DNA from: Eukaryota sp. TZLM1-RC | Taxonomy: Eukaryota; Protista; Metamonada: BaSk clade | DNA length: 64,000 nt | Reading direction: 5' to 3' | NCBI GenBank assembly: GCA_040285825.1 | Contig: JAUPSS010000012.1 | Location: 1 to 64,000, forward strand | In this document: piece after piece, positions 34,431-45,840 of the stretch | Position numbering within the stretch: the stretch's first letter is position 1 | Layout of the letters: each line of letters starts with the position of its first letter | Program-made: the position numbers and the translations under genes | Notes under the pieces: generated by a model | What the model was told of the DNA's origin: nothing | What the model saw: the letters and a program-made list of their open reading frames with translations, nothing else | The model's database searches: none

Positions 34431-35431
34431 TCCCCAATCATTCAATGGCAATATTCCAGAAAAAAATGTTTTAAATTTGAAGTACACTCTTCGAACATTA
34501 CAGAAAAGATTGACTGGAATGTATGAAAAAGATCTTTATAATAATATTTGCAGCTCGGCTGTTTTAAATCAAGATCTTCACTCATTGTTATTGGAAAAGG
34601 GTGTTTGTGAAAACAAGGCGTCAGATTCTTCACTTTTTGTAACCATTGTACCACGAAGATTTGGATTGTGTGCCACTAATGAAGCATTTGTAACAAAAAT
34701 GAGATTATATTTGAACATCCCCATTAACCAATTATTATCAAAAGAAAAATGTATTTGTTCGAATTCACCTCAACTCACTTTGCACCATGCTCTAAATTGA
34801 TAACTTATCGTTCTTCATTACATGATGCTGTTAGAGACACTGTTTTCAATATGGCACAAACTGCAAGGATATCGTGTATCAAAGAGCCCCTGCTGAAAGA
34901 AACACTTTCTCTGAATAATTTTGGTTCTGATGATAGAGGTGATGTATACTGTGATTGGATTGATAATTCTGAAGCTATTGTTGACTTTGTCTCATGTAAT
35001 GTTGCAAACGATACTTTGGTTCACAGAAGAAAACTTAATCCTGAGGCTGCTCTGGATTTTAAAGCAAAAGAAATACATAGAAAATATGATAAAGAAATTG
35101 AAGATGCAAATGTCGATAGAAATACACAGCTGGTTTTTATTGCTTTCCCATTTTCGATAAATGGAAGATTATCAGTTGAAGCAGAAACTTTTTTGGATGA
35201 CTTCCAAAAAATGGTGAAAGAAAAAACAATGAAAAGATTTGATATTTTTTTATGGCGTTCACGGATTCAATTTGCCATTTTTAATAGATTACCGCGGTTT
35301 TTCAATCGAATTAGAGAAGCTTTAGCTAGACAGCAAGCAAATCAAGATTTTGTAGAGGAAATCTTGGTTTAATGATAGTCGTCCCATTAGTTATGATTTA
35401 ATTTAATCAAGTGTGCAAATTCAATAAATTG
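34431..35431 (+). mobile_element. 5'-truncated family A CRE-like copy
   Basis: Near-identical to 25128-26136 with a small internal deletion near 34790. 11-bp TSD ACCTTACTACA at 34420-34430 and 35432-35442. Confidence 0.95.
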
Positions 35432-35902
35432 ACCTTACTACAATCAGGCAACAACTGCAGAAAAGAATCAATTTCATGATGATAACTGACCAAATTTCTA
35501 AAAGAATGAAAACTATTAAACAGATTTTCAAGATTATTAACTATTGAATATATTTTGGACAAATAACATCTTTAGAAAGCAAAATAAAAACCACATCATT
35601 GAAATCAATGAATTTTCTTTAACACAACTGTTCACAAAACCACTAATTCTCCAATGCTTGTACCAGTTGGCTTTCCCTTACTTCAACTACTTCTACTTGT
35701 TCGATGTGGAAGACGAACACAACATTGTCATAGAAACTAAATGGTGCTTTCGTTGCCCTGAAAAATTATTGTTTGAAAATACCAAAACTAAAAACCCTGA
35801 AAAATAAACATGAAAAGGACAAATACACCAACAAACCGTTAAAATAGAGTGCAAAGGTCTTGAAAAACACATATTCAATATTAAAACAAAAAACAAAAAT
35901 AT

Positions 35903-36917
35903 TTATTGGACATCTTTCAATTTTTCAATTTGTTGAATGGCTTCACCCAATTCTAGCTCTCCCTTATAATATTTCAACGCCACAACATGGTGTCTATAAC
36001 CAAATTGACTCAGTGGAAGACCAAGCTCTCGTGCAAAGAACTTGCGAACATTATCTCTAAATAGATAAGGATCTTCACGTTCGTGTTCTGTTGGTACATA
36101 GAGATAATAACGCAACTTGAGACTATTGTGGGGACTAGAAGCTAACTTGAAGATGTTGGCTATTCCACTCTTCGCCACCCAAGGGATGTTCCAGAAAGGG
36201 GACCAGTAACGAGTAAGAGCAATGACACATGGCTTACCTGGGTTGAAGGCCCCAATCTTGAAAGTGGGAATGCCTTTGTCATTGGCAATGGTACCTTCAG
36301 GGAACTATGGTTAGAAAGCAGAGAAAAGGACAAACGATTAACAGGGGGTGATCATAGTGATGGGCATTGTTGACTCTGTCAGCAATAGCTTCCATAGTTT
36401 TGGTACGGGAGTTTTCGTCATTGCGATCAACAAAGACACTCTGAACAACCTCGGCAATTACTCCAACAAATGGTATATTGGTGGTTTCCTTCCGAGCCAC
36501 AAATGAACAAAATGACAAATGTAAATGTAGAAAAACGTCAATGTAAGATAAATGGTTTGCTAATAATACATATGGGGTTGGTTCATTAAATCTTGGAAAC
36601 TCGTTCTTTGAAATCCAATTGAAACCGCAGCAATAAAGTAAAAGTCTATTACCCAAACGTACAGGATGTTTGATTAGGAAACGCCGCCATGATGCAATAC
36701 GTTTGGTCCTGCGAAAACCACTACCCAATGAACAGAGCATCACCCAAAATCCAGAAACAATTACAATGCCAACAAACAGTAGAATGCGAATAGGTGCAAG
36801 AGTGAATAGGAAAAAGTAACGTAGTATATTGACAAAGAAGTTAACCTGCTTTTCAGCAAAAGCAAAAGGCCCAAAGACTTCTTCCTCTATTTGGCGTAAT
36901 GAGTTTGCTCGGTCCAT
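35903..36917 (-). CDS. Lysophospholipid acyltransferase (PlsC/LPCAT type), one 31-nt intron at 36305-36335
   Basis: ANHLSYID (HxxxxD) motif. Removing GTTTGT...CTAACCATAG joins LLI to FPEGT and reads through to the stop at 35903. Confidence 0.9.
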
Positions 36918-37879
36918 AGTAGGGTTATGAAAGTGGGAAGGATATAAAGAAGGACGCTTGTCTGTTGAAAAGAGATAAATATCAAAGTTTAAATAACTTC
37001 AAAACTATACATTCTTTCTCAACTTTCGCATTCACTACACGTGATAATGCATTGAGGTTTGTTTGTTGAATCGGACTCAACAAGATGTTTTAATTTAAAA
37101 CATTTAAACTTTACCATGCTGCAGCGAAATCTTCAGATGTTTCATTTGCATCATCAATTTGTCGTCAACACCGTCAAAGTGATCCAAATTTAAATATCAT
37201 TAAAAAAATCAATTAAAAATCTATATCAATAACTGTGTTCGTGTTTATGTAGTGCTCAACAATCCTTTGATTATCCGCATTACAAACTACTTTTTGTCCA
37301 AATGAATTGAAATTTTTGACATCTCTATGCACAAATGGGTTTCAAAAACAGTTTTAAGCTTGGTTTAATAAATTCTGAGTAATACAGCTTCCGTGTTTCT
37401 TTAAAAAAAAGTTTCTTTATTTGCGAAACTGTTATTGCTAAATATTGACTTAGGTGGTTTGCCAACAGTCCTTTGGCACTCGTTTCAAAAGGACAAACAA
37501 TACCAATAAGACGATGACTTTTGATTCCTGGTGTTGCATTAGCCCGGTGCACACCAAGTCAAAGAAGACGAAACTTGTCAGTGGGATTCTCGGACGGAAT
37601 TATTCAAGGTTCACCAGGACTTTTGATTATTGGTGTTCAACAGCTCCCAATGTTTCTATTTTATCTGTTTCGATTTTTTGTCGGAGGCATGCCGCCCTGC
37701 TTTTCCTCTGCGGTTAGTAATTTGTTGACACTTGCACATGTGGCTCTTCCAGCAATGAGGTTTGAAAGAACACGATTAATTTCTGTGTTTTTAAATTTCT
37801 GTTGTTTTCACATCTAATGATGCTGTCTAATCGTCTTCGGTTTCGCTTTTTCACTCAACACTTTCTGCTTGTTCAGAAC

Positions 37880-39319
37880 TGTTGCCTAAAGTCTATTGTA
37901 GTAAAGAAAAGTCAATGAGGAAAAGTTGATTTATTTTCTAATCATATTATATAAGCCTTAGGGCGCCAACACTGCTTCTTCCCTTTTTCAAAATAAATCA
38001 GCTTATTTGAATATGAAACTAAAACTATGAACAAATAACTAAATAACTATAACTACTAAGAACTAAATACCAAATTCTGATGTTTTCTATTGTTTATTAT
38101 CTTTGCAGTGATTAGGATTCACACAAACACCGGTTTAATCTATTTAAGATCGACAATTGATGTACTATGACTTTCCTGCAATAATGTTAGTATAAAATAG
38201 TAAGCAATAACTGAAAAGGACCTCGTTCCAAGATCTGTGTGTTTGAATACTTTGTTGTGTATGTTTTAATCGCTACATAAAGCGCTCTGCTTCTTCTCTT
38301 TTTCGTAAACGAGTAACGTGGTAGTGTCGTTTAGTAAAGGTATTATGGAATCGAAGAATGGATTCGCTAATGATCATGCAGGGTCTATGTTGGATCAAAA
38401 CAACAGTAAACGAAGTAATAAACTTCAGAAACCTAAAGGCGGCGTCTTTTGTTAAAGTACTGGCTTTACGACTAAAAATATTAGAGGAGCAAAGACCGTA
38501 TCTTTGCATTTTTGTACAATAACAGTGGAGGTGGAGTTTCTACTCGTAACCTCGTTTTTGGTCGACTTTTCTTGTGTTTGGCTCCATAAGGAAGGGAGCT
38601 GCTCGAATGAATAATAGTCCATTGATTCGAGGGAAGGCTCTGTGTCCTTGTTAGGAGGATCCATCACTGGAGTCATCTTCCCCTTCTGTGGTATGTACTC
38701 TCCTGAAGGGTTAGATTATGTAAAGTGGGATTTCCATCCGTTTCTTTACTAGGTGCTACATTAGGGAGGGGAGAGGGAACTGGTCCGTTCTCGTGGCCTC
38801 CTCTAACTCTTCTAGGTTGTACTTCTTTTGTGAGGGTTCTCCGTTCTCGTAACCTCTTCCATTGCTTTGAGGGGAGAGGGAGCCGGGTCCGTTCTCGTAA
38901 CCTCATCTGTTTCTTTTTTTCTGAGGGGAGAGGGAGCCGGGTCCGTTCTCGTTACCTCTTCCATTGCTGAAGATGGAGGGACCTCGTCCACTCTTTCATC
39001 TTCTTCTACTTTTAGGGAGGGGGAGGTGGGATCCGGGTCCGTTGCCTCGTTACCCTCTATATTATGTATATGTGTCGCTGGTACCTGCTGCATGTTAGAT
39101 GGGGGATTAGGGTCAGAGATATCTGGCTGACAGATGTCTGACATGCTGTAAAAATTGCTGGGGGTGTTCACTGGTCAAATGCTGAAGTTATGGTATACCT
39201 TTTGACTTTAAAATGGCCAATAATTATTGTTGCCTAAAGTCTATTGTAGTAAAGAAAAGTCAATGAGGAAAAGTTGATTTATTTTCTAATCATATTATAT
39301 AAGCCTTAGGGCGCCAACA
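37880..39319 (-). mobile_element. Small non-autonomous LTR element (TRIM-like) with identical 92-bp LTRs
   Basis: LTRs 37880-37971 and 39228-39319 (TGTTG...CAACA). 4-bp TSD GAAC at 37876-37879 and 39320-39323. Purine tract GAAAAAGGGAAGAAGCAG abuts the left LTR on the minus strand. Confidence 0.9.
38840..38966. repeat. ~50-bp imperfect tandem repeats inside the LTR element (encode EVTRTDPAPSPL)
   Basis: CCGTTCTCGT(A/T)ACCTC occurs three times and GAGGGGAGAGGGAGCCGGGT twice. Confidence 0.8.
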
Positions 39320-39373
39320 GAACTGCTTATATTACACTTTGATAAGAGAAAAGCATTTCTAATTAAATGAACT

Positions 39374-39590
39374 TTTATTAAACCTATACACTTGACAAAA
39401 TAAAATCATAACCAATGGGACGAAATTCATTGAACCAAGATTTCCTCTACAAAATCTTGGTCAGCTTGATGCCTAGCTAAAGCTTCTCTTATTTGATTGA
39501 AAAACCGAATTAATCTATTAATAATGGAAAATTGAATTCGATAGCGTCATAAAAAGATGTCAAATCTTTTCATTGTTTTTTCTTGAACCA
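39374..39590 (-). mobile_element. Diverged 3' fragment of family A CRE-like element
   Basis: Matches the reverse complement of ~25920-26135 (GAACCAAGATTTCCTCTACAAAATCTTG etc.); no clear TSD. Confidence 0.85.
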
Positions 39591-40017
39591 ATGGCATTTA
39601 TCCAATCCACAGTACATTACATAGCTTGCCGTGGTTGTTAAAGTAACAGCAAAAGTCAGCACACATTAATGAATATAGTTGCAATTAGCTTTCTTTCACA
39701 GACGTGGTGGAATTAATTTATTCACACATCAAGGGCCATTCTCTTTTGTCCTGATGTCACGCCAACATTACTGGTTGCTCCCTTTTCGGATTGAATAACA
39801 GTGAGTGATGAAACCTGCCAACGTTAAATAATCTGTTCACAAGTGTCCTCTGATTTCATTGAAGAGCCCAACAAAATGGTTGGAAAATACATATGATAGT
39901 AATAGATAGATAGATATGATACTATTTGTTCAAATAGATCTGAATTCAAGCAAAACTTTTAGTGCATTGTTGATTATTATGAAAACAATTTATTAAATAT
40001 AATGTACTCAATCGTTA

Positions 40018-40164
40018 TCACTTTTTTGTTCCAGGGTTATTTGGATTGAGTTGGTTTGCCCTATTGTCAGCAGCATGTTTAAAGTCTGAAGCTAATGGGT
40101 TCTTCACTGCAGCTCTCTGTCCATGCTGTCCTGGTTGTCCACTAGACTTACCACCTCTTGGCAT
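40018..40164 (-). CDS. 48-aa small protein MPRGGKSSGQPGQHGQRAAVKNPLASDFKHAADNRANQLNPNNPGTKK
   Basis: Clean ATG-to-TGA ORF, richer in GC than its flanks and below the ORF-track size cutoff. Confidence 0.55.
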   Translation of the reverse strand: MPRGGKSSGQPGQHGQRAAVKNPLASDFKHAADNRANQLNPNNPGTKK

Positions 40165-40326
40165 TGAGAATTAATGAATGGATTGTGATTAATGCAAAGA
40201 ACCTTAACATTTGAAGACACAAATATGAAATCCTTGGTTCAAAAGATATCTTTAATATTAATTTGAATGGTTGGAAAATAGTTTTTTTGGAATACATTGT
40301 TATTTGATATTTACAAAAAAAATATT

Positions 40327-40974
40327 CTACAAACCAGCAAACGAAACAGACTCTACCTCCTCATACACATCACACAGCTGTGAATGGTCAAATCGTTCAT
40401 CTCTTGAACTCATCTTCGAGTGAGATGAAAATGATGATTTAAGGAGAGCTCCAGCATCAAACTCAACCACAAACTTTCTTCGTACACACCAATAAGAAAG
40501 GACTTCAGTATCTTTAATCAGAGCAGTAGCTACGTACTGGGTACATTTCTTGCCATTTTTTGGGTAGTTCTTTCGGCGAACTCTTTGAGCTCCATAAGGG
40601 ATCGAAACTGAGACCAGGAACTCGTCGAACTTAGCCTTGTCTGCACGGAGAGGACTGGATACGAGACATCGACCATTACTTATTTCATAGACTTTATCAC
40701 CATCGTACAGTACTTCATATTGAAGATCATCATCACTTTTGTAAAAGAAGAGAGTGTGAGAGTTCAAATTTGTATATATGGGGAAGTCAAAAGCGGGAGG
40801 GGTAACTACAAAGGCTGCATGTTGGATTGGAGCTAGATAATAAACAACAGTGAATATAAGCAGTAAGGCTATCACCAAAGATACAATTGAAACAATGAGT
40901 CGGGAACGTTTGCTAGTCTCTGGTGGTGTATCTATCATTGCAAACTGGCTGGCCTTAAGAGTAAAGAATTTCAA
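40327..40974 (-). CDS. Hypothetical single-pass membrane protein; start uncertain
   Basis: One hydrophobic segment (LIVSIVSLVIALLLIFTVVYYL) followed by a Cys-containing domain. Confidence 0.6.
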   Translation of the reverse strand: MKFFTLKASQFAMIDTPPETSKRSRLIVSIVSLVIALLLIFTVVYYLAPIQHAAFVVTPPAFDFPIYTNLNSHTLFFYKSDDDLQYEVLYDGDKVYEISNGRCLVSSPLRADKAKFDEFLVSVSIPYGAQRVRRKNYPKNGKKCTQYVATALIKDTEVLSYWCVRRKFVVEFDAGALLKSSFSSHSKMSSRDERFDHSQLCDVYEEVESVSFAGL

Positions 40975-41377
40975 GACCCAAACTGAGAGTCAACATTTTG
41001 CAGGTGTACCCTCAAGTTCCATTTATTTCAGTTACTATTGTGGCTTCTAATCTTTTTGTTGACTTAAAGGAACATTATAATATGACATGCGAAATGCGTT
41101 GCACTATGTTGTTGAGTTAGATTAAAAGATCTGGCTATTTTGTGATTCAGTATTGACAATAATTTTGGAAGCAACAAGATAGTTTATATTGGCTCACAAC
41201 TAAATTAATTGAAATTTATTGATAAAATACCAATGGTTAACATTTCCACAATTCCAACTTGGTTCAAACATTTAATTTAAAACCACAGAACAACGACTAA
41301 AATAACTAAAATTAATAAATTAAAATTAATAAATTAAAATTAATAAATTAAACAAAAAGATAAACCAACAATCTAAA

Positions 41378-42088
41378 TCAACCTCCAAAACAATACAAAA
41401 CAGAACTAAGTATCATTCCAATTACAACAAAAGTAACAACAACTTCACCTTTAACTCTAACAAAAGCATCTGGGAGTAACAATAAACTTGTCAGTGTCAT
41501 TATTCCTCCTAACCCGGCATTGAGTAATTCAAGGAGGAAAGTGGAAGGTGAAAGGAAAAGCAGTAAACATCCACCAATAGTTTCTGATAATCCTGAGAGA
41601 AATGCAAAGAGTAAAACTTTAAAAGTAGAAACTTTAGCAGATTTCAAAGGTATTGACATTACCAAACCTTCTATTACATTATGCAAAATGATAGCAGCCA
41701 TGGTTGTAGAAGAGCTATTAGGGAGACCCACAACCAGACCTTCTGGAAGGTTATGGAGAGATATGGAGAGGAAAACAACGAATCCCGAACGAAGCAGTTT
41801 AGGGTTGTTGGAGTTGGGTAGTGAAGGTGAGGGAACTATAAAAAGTATTAAAGAAAACAAGAGAATCCCAATAAAAAAAGCAAGATGAGAAGGTATTGGT
41901 CCAATGGAGAGGTAAGAGTTGAGGAAAAGGTCAAAGATGCCAATATGGAGCATTATACCGGATGTGACACTGAATGAAAAGGCCAGTGTCCTACTTGAGA
42001 GTTTGTGTCCAAATCTGCAAGCCAAAATACCACCAAGGAATGTAGAAAGACATCCAGAAATAAAGGTCCTGGATACAACTGGCAGCAT
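41378..42088 (-). CDS. ZIP family (ZupT-like) metal transporter
   Basis: ISLHNLPEGL and ILHNVIEGL metal-binding motifs; multiple transmembrane segments. Confidence 0.9.
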   Translation of the reverse strand: MLPVVSRTFISGCLSTFLGGILACRFGHKLSSRTLAFSFSVTSGIMLHIGIFDLFLNSYLSIGPIPSHLAFFIGILLFSLILFIVPSPSLPNSNNPKLLRSGFVVFLSISLHNLPEGLVVGLPNSSSTTMAAIILHNVIEGLVMSIPLKSAKVSTFKVLLFAFLSGLSETIGGCLLLFLSPSTFLLELLNAGLGGIMTLTSLLLLPDAFVRVKGEVVVTFVVIGMILSSVLYCFGG

Positions 42089-42421
42089 CGGTAGTTAATC
42101 TGCGATGATTATTGAAACAATTTTCAATTTAATTTGCCTAGAATCATCTCCACTGCTCGATCTTTTGCTTTTCAAAGATTGACTGATAATCTAACCACAA
42201 CAGATGGCGCTCTCTCATTATACTGTTATTATCAGCAAGTTTTGCTGATCATTTTATTGGACATAGACAACAGTCATTCTTTCATTGCAATCACAACAGA
42301 TTGTCCTTGGAGCAAAAACAAAGGGCCATAAATTTATTTTCGAACTTTTTATCAGTTGGCGAATTTACACATTTTTTTAAAATTTCAAATAAATTTATTC
42401 ACTAAAAAGCATTAATACAAA

Positions 42422-42843
42422 CTAATCAATCGTTAGTACATTAATCATGCCTCGAGGATCCATTTTAGTCCTATAGTTCAACCCCACAGCCTCACTTGCA
42501 TCTACTTTGAAGTGAAATAAGTGCTCCTTAGTATCAGGAGGAATCTTTAATGTTCTTATAAAAGTAGTACCAGACTCTCCTTGTTTTCGTTCCATATCGA
42601 CCCACTGCCACTTGGTAAACGTACCAGCTATTTCCACTTTTGAATAATCTCCAGGTTCATCATACACTATTGTGATGTGACGTTTCGGGGGAGGTGGTGA
42701 AGAATCCTCCCGAGATTCATTGGTACTGTTGGTATGTTGAATCACCTTTGGGTGACTTTTTTTGGAGTGTCCACAACTACATTTGCTGAAATAAGATTTA
42801 ATCTTTGTTATACCTTTTCAATAAACCAAATTTCTTGTCCCAT
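42422..42843 (-). CDS. AMPK-beta-type carbohydrate-binding (CBM48) domain protein; proposed 41-nt intron 42786-42826
   Basis: KVEIAGTFTKW, F.FKVD and GMINVL motifs. Splicing GTTTAT...TTTCAG gives the N-terminus MGQEICKCSCGH in frame. Confidence 0.65.
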
Positions 42844-43179
42844 TTTGTACAACTGCATTTTACACAATGACGGGTAGTGATTGGGGTTATTGTCTCTACA
42901 TTGGTTGTTTCTTCGTGGTTCTCAGCCGACATGGTTAGAATAGTGTGAATGTAATGATATCGGCTTTACAAAGAAGATATCTGACAATATCTTGTAATGA
43001 TATACTAGGTTTATTTTTTCACCGTGAAACAAATATATGAATGTTGAGAACGGGTGTAAACGTGATTAAAACGTGAGAGCAACCAAGTCAGAGCTTACAT
43101 CCGAGCTACATTTATAGCGAAGAAAGATAAAATTTTTGTCTTTGTGATCTTGTAGAAAAGTCAACAAGCAGAAATGAAC

Positions 43180-43843
43180 ATTATTGCAAAGTTGATGATA
43201 AGAATATCACTTTATATCATCATTCCTCTGAAAAAGAATTGCTAAGTTTGTTTAATCAATTATTAGAAACTTATAATCCTCGTATAATAAGTGGTTTTAA
43301 TATCCTCAAGTTTGACATTCCCACATATTATGAAACGTTCTGAAAATGAGGACTTTTTAAGGGTGAAATCGGTGCTAGTGAATCGGTTCAATTCTATAAC
43401 TCAAATTTAATAGAATTGAATCACAAACACTTGAACCCCTTAATTGCTAGTCGATTTGTTGTTGATACTTGTAGTATTTACACAAATTATTATCAACCAC
43501 GCAAACTAAACACAGTTCTAAAATTTTATTAGGGGAGAGCAAAATTGACATGGATCCTCAATATACTGCAAATTATTGGAAGGTTCAAGAAGATGATCCC
43601 TTCTAAGATTTTTCCTTATCCCAAAGAAAAACTGCAGTTGCAGTTCATTGTTTAAGGGATATTCATTTAACCATAAAATTATTTTTCTTAAACAATGACC
43701 AATTCATGGAAACTGTTGAACATAAAGCTTATGATGGTTATAAGGACAGTCCAAAAAATGTCATCAGAGATGCGAAAATGATTGACATGATCGATGAGGC
43801 AGTAATTAGGTGTCAGAAAATTTCTATTGTTGGTTTAGAATAA
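43180..43843 (+). pseudogene. Family B DNA polymerase 3'-5' exonuclease domain relic
   Basis: Manual translation across frameshifts: SEKELLSLFNQLLETYNPRIISGFNILKFDIP (ExoII), KLNTV..LLGESKID and HCLRDIHLTIKL (ExoIII). Confidence 0.75.
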
Positions 43844-43847
43844 AACT

Positions 43848-45023
43848 ATTTATTGAATTTGCACACTTAATTAAATTAACTCATAAGTAATGGGACGACT
43901 ATCATTGAACCAAGATTTCCTCTACAAAATCTTGATCTGCTTGCTGTCTAGCTAAAGCTTCTCTTATTCGATTGAAAAACCGAGGTAATCTATTAATAAT
44001 GGCAAATTGAATCCGTGAACGCCATCAAAAAATATCAAATCTTGTAATTGTTTTTTCTTGCACCATTTTTTGGAAGTCATTCAAAAAAGTTTTTGCTTCA
44101 TCTGATAATCTTCCATTTATCGAAAATGGGAAAGCAATAAAAACCAGCTGTGTATTTCTATCGGCAATAGCCTCTTCAATAACTTTATCATATTTTCTAT
44201 GTTGCTCTTTTGCTTTTAAATCCAGAGCAGCCACAGGATTAAGTTTTCTTCTGTGAACCAAAGTATCATTTGCAACATTACATGAGACAAAGTCAACAAT
44301 AGCTTCAGAATTATCAATCCAATCACAGTATACATCACTTCTATCATCAGAACCAAAAATATTTAGAGAATTTGTTTTCTTCAGCAGAGGCTCTTTGATA
44401 CACGATATTCTTGCAGTTTGTGCCATATTGAAAACAGTGTCTCTAACAGCATCATGTAATGAAGAACGATAAGTTATCAATTTCGAACAATTCATAGCAT
44501 GGCGCAAAGTGAGTTGAGGTGAATTCGAACAAATACATTTTTCTTTTGATAATAATTGATTAATGGGGATATTCAAATACAATCTTATTTTTGTTACAAA
44601 TGCTTCATTAGTGGCACACAATCCAAATCTTCGTGGTACAATGGTTACAAAAAGTGAAGAATCTGACGACTTGTTTTCACAAACACCCTTTTCCAATAAC
44701 AATGAGTGAAGATTTAGATTTAAAACAGCCGAGCTGCATATATTATTATAAAGATCTGTTTCATACATTCCAGTCAATCGTTTCTGTAATGTTCGAAGAG
44801 TGTACTTCAAATTTAAAACATTTTTTCTGGAATATTGCCATTGAATTATTGGGGAAAGGATCGACCAAATTTTTTTGCATCAATTTTTGAAATTTCTTCA
44901 TTTAATGCAAAAACAGTGGAACTTTGCGTTGCCATCAATAAATCTTCCCAATCTGCAAATCTTTCGGAAAACTCAAAGATTGCATTTCTGCATCCTCCAA
45001 CAAAAGCACACGAGGTAAGAATA
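43848..45023 (-). mobile_element. 5'-truncated family A CRE-like copy
   Basis: ORF 44025-44810 is near-identical to 25174-26079; 3'UTR present; no TSD found. Confidence 0.93.
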
Positions 45024-45049
45024 TAATAATGGATTAGAATTCATTTCTG

Positions 45050-45830
45050 GTTAATATTTGCATCTTTTTGACTTAAACCCAAATGTTGTTTTACCAAAAA
45101 TTGAAACCCAATTACTTCGTGACGCTTTTCTTGTGGTCACGTCCCAAAGTGAGGAGAACAGTTTCCTTAACGCAAAGACAAAAACAGCTTTGCAAAATCC
45201 TCGTTGTGCCCCGTTGTTGGAATTCTATCACCAACACTTTAGAGAAAAACTTGTTCCAAAAGTTTTATTTAAAAAGTTTCTCATTCTCCCCACTTGTCAC
45301 TTCATGCTGGAAAATTATTGGAAAAAAATTTAAATGAAATTTTTTCTAAACCACGCCGCAAATGTAGTAAAAGTCGAAAATCCGGACATAAGATTTCAAC
45401 TTGTCCGCTTATGCAAAATGGAAAACTTAATGCTCGTGCTGCTACTGCTGATTTAAGTTTTTCATTATCACACAATCCTGAAAATGAATTTTTAATTGAG
45501 ATTCCCGATAACATTTCTGACAAAGAAGATCAAAAAATGACATTTTCACTTTTTGGCAATATTGGACCTTCAGGGTTGCACTTTTTTGAAAATTTCAAAA
45601 AAGTGTTACTGAATAGGTCTGGTAACACAATGAATTCCACTTTCTGGTTAAATAGAATTGTTTTTTGCATTTTCAAGTCTATTCCAACAATGATTTCAAA
45701 GGCACTTTTAGCTATTGGTGTAGAATATGAACGTTATGCTGTGAGTAGGTTTAGTAATGGTGACGTTTGTTTGGAGGATATTGAATTCTAGGTAGATTTT
45801 TTTCTCCATAAATATTTCAGTTAAAAAAAT
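45050..45830 (+). mobile_element. Internally deleted CRE-like element (N-terminal knuckle joined to C-terminus)
   Basis: The degenerate knuckle CSKSRKSGHKISTC is followed closely by FSLFGNIG...WLNRIVFCIFKSIP (as in the 8965-9648 C-terminus) and an A-rich tail; no RT between them. Confidence 0.65.
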
Positions 45831-45840
45831 AAAAAAAGTT

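Noticed and set aside
40956-41025. Upstream exon with an in-frame TGA (selenocysteine or recoding) for the 40327-40974 gene
   Set aside because: It requires an unverified 30-nt intron. TGA is an ordinary stop in FEN1 and ZIP here, and a downstream ATG explains the gene.
41307-41352. (AAAATTAATAAATT)x3 minirepeat
   Set aside because: Low-complexity slippage in an AT-rich 3' region.
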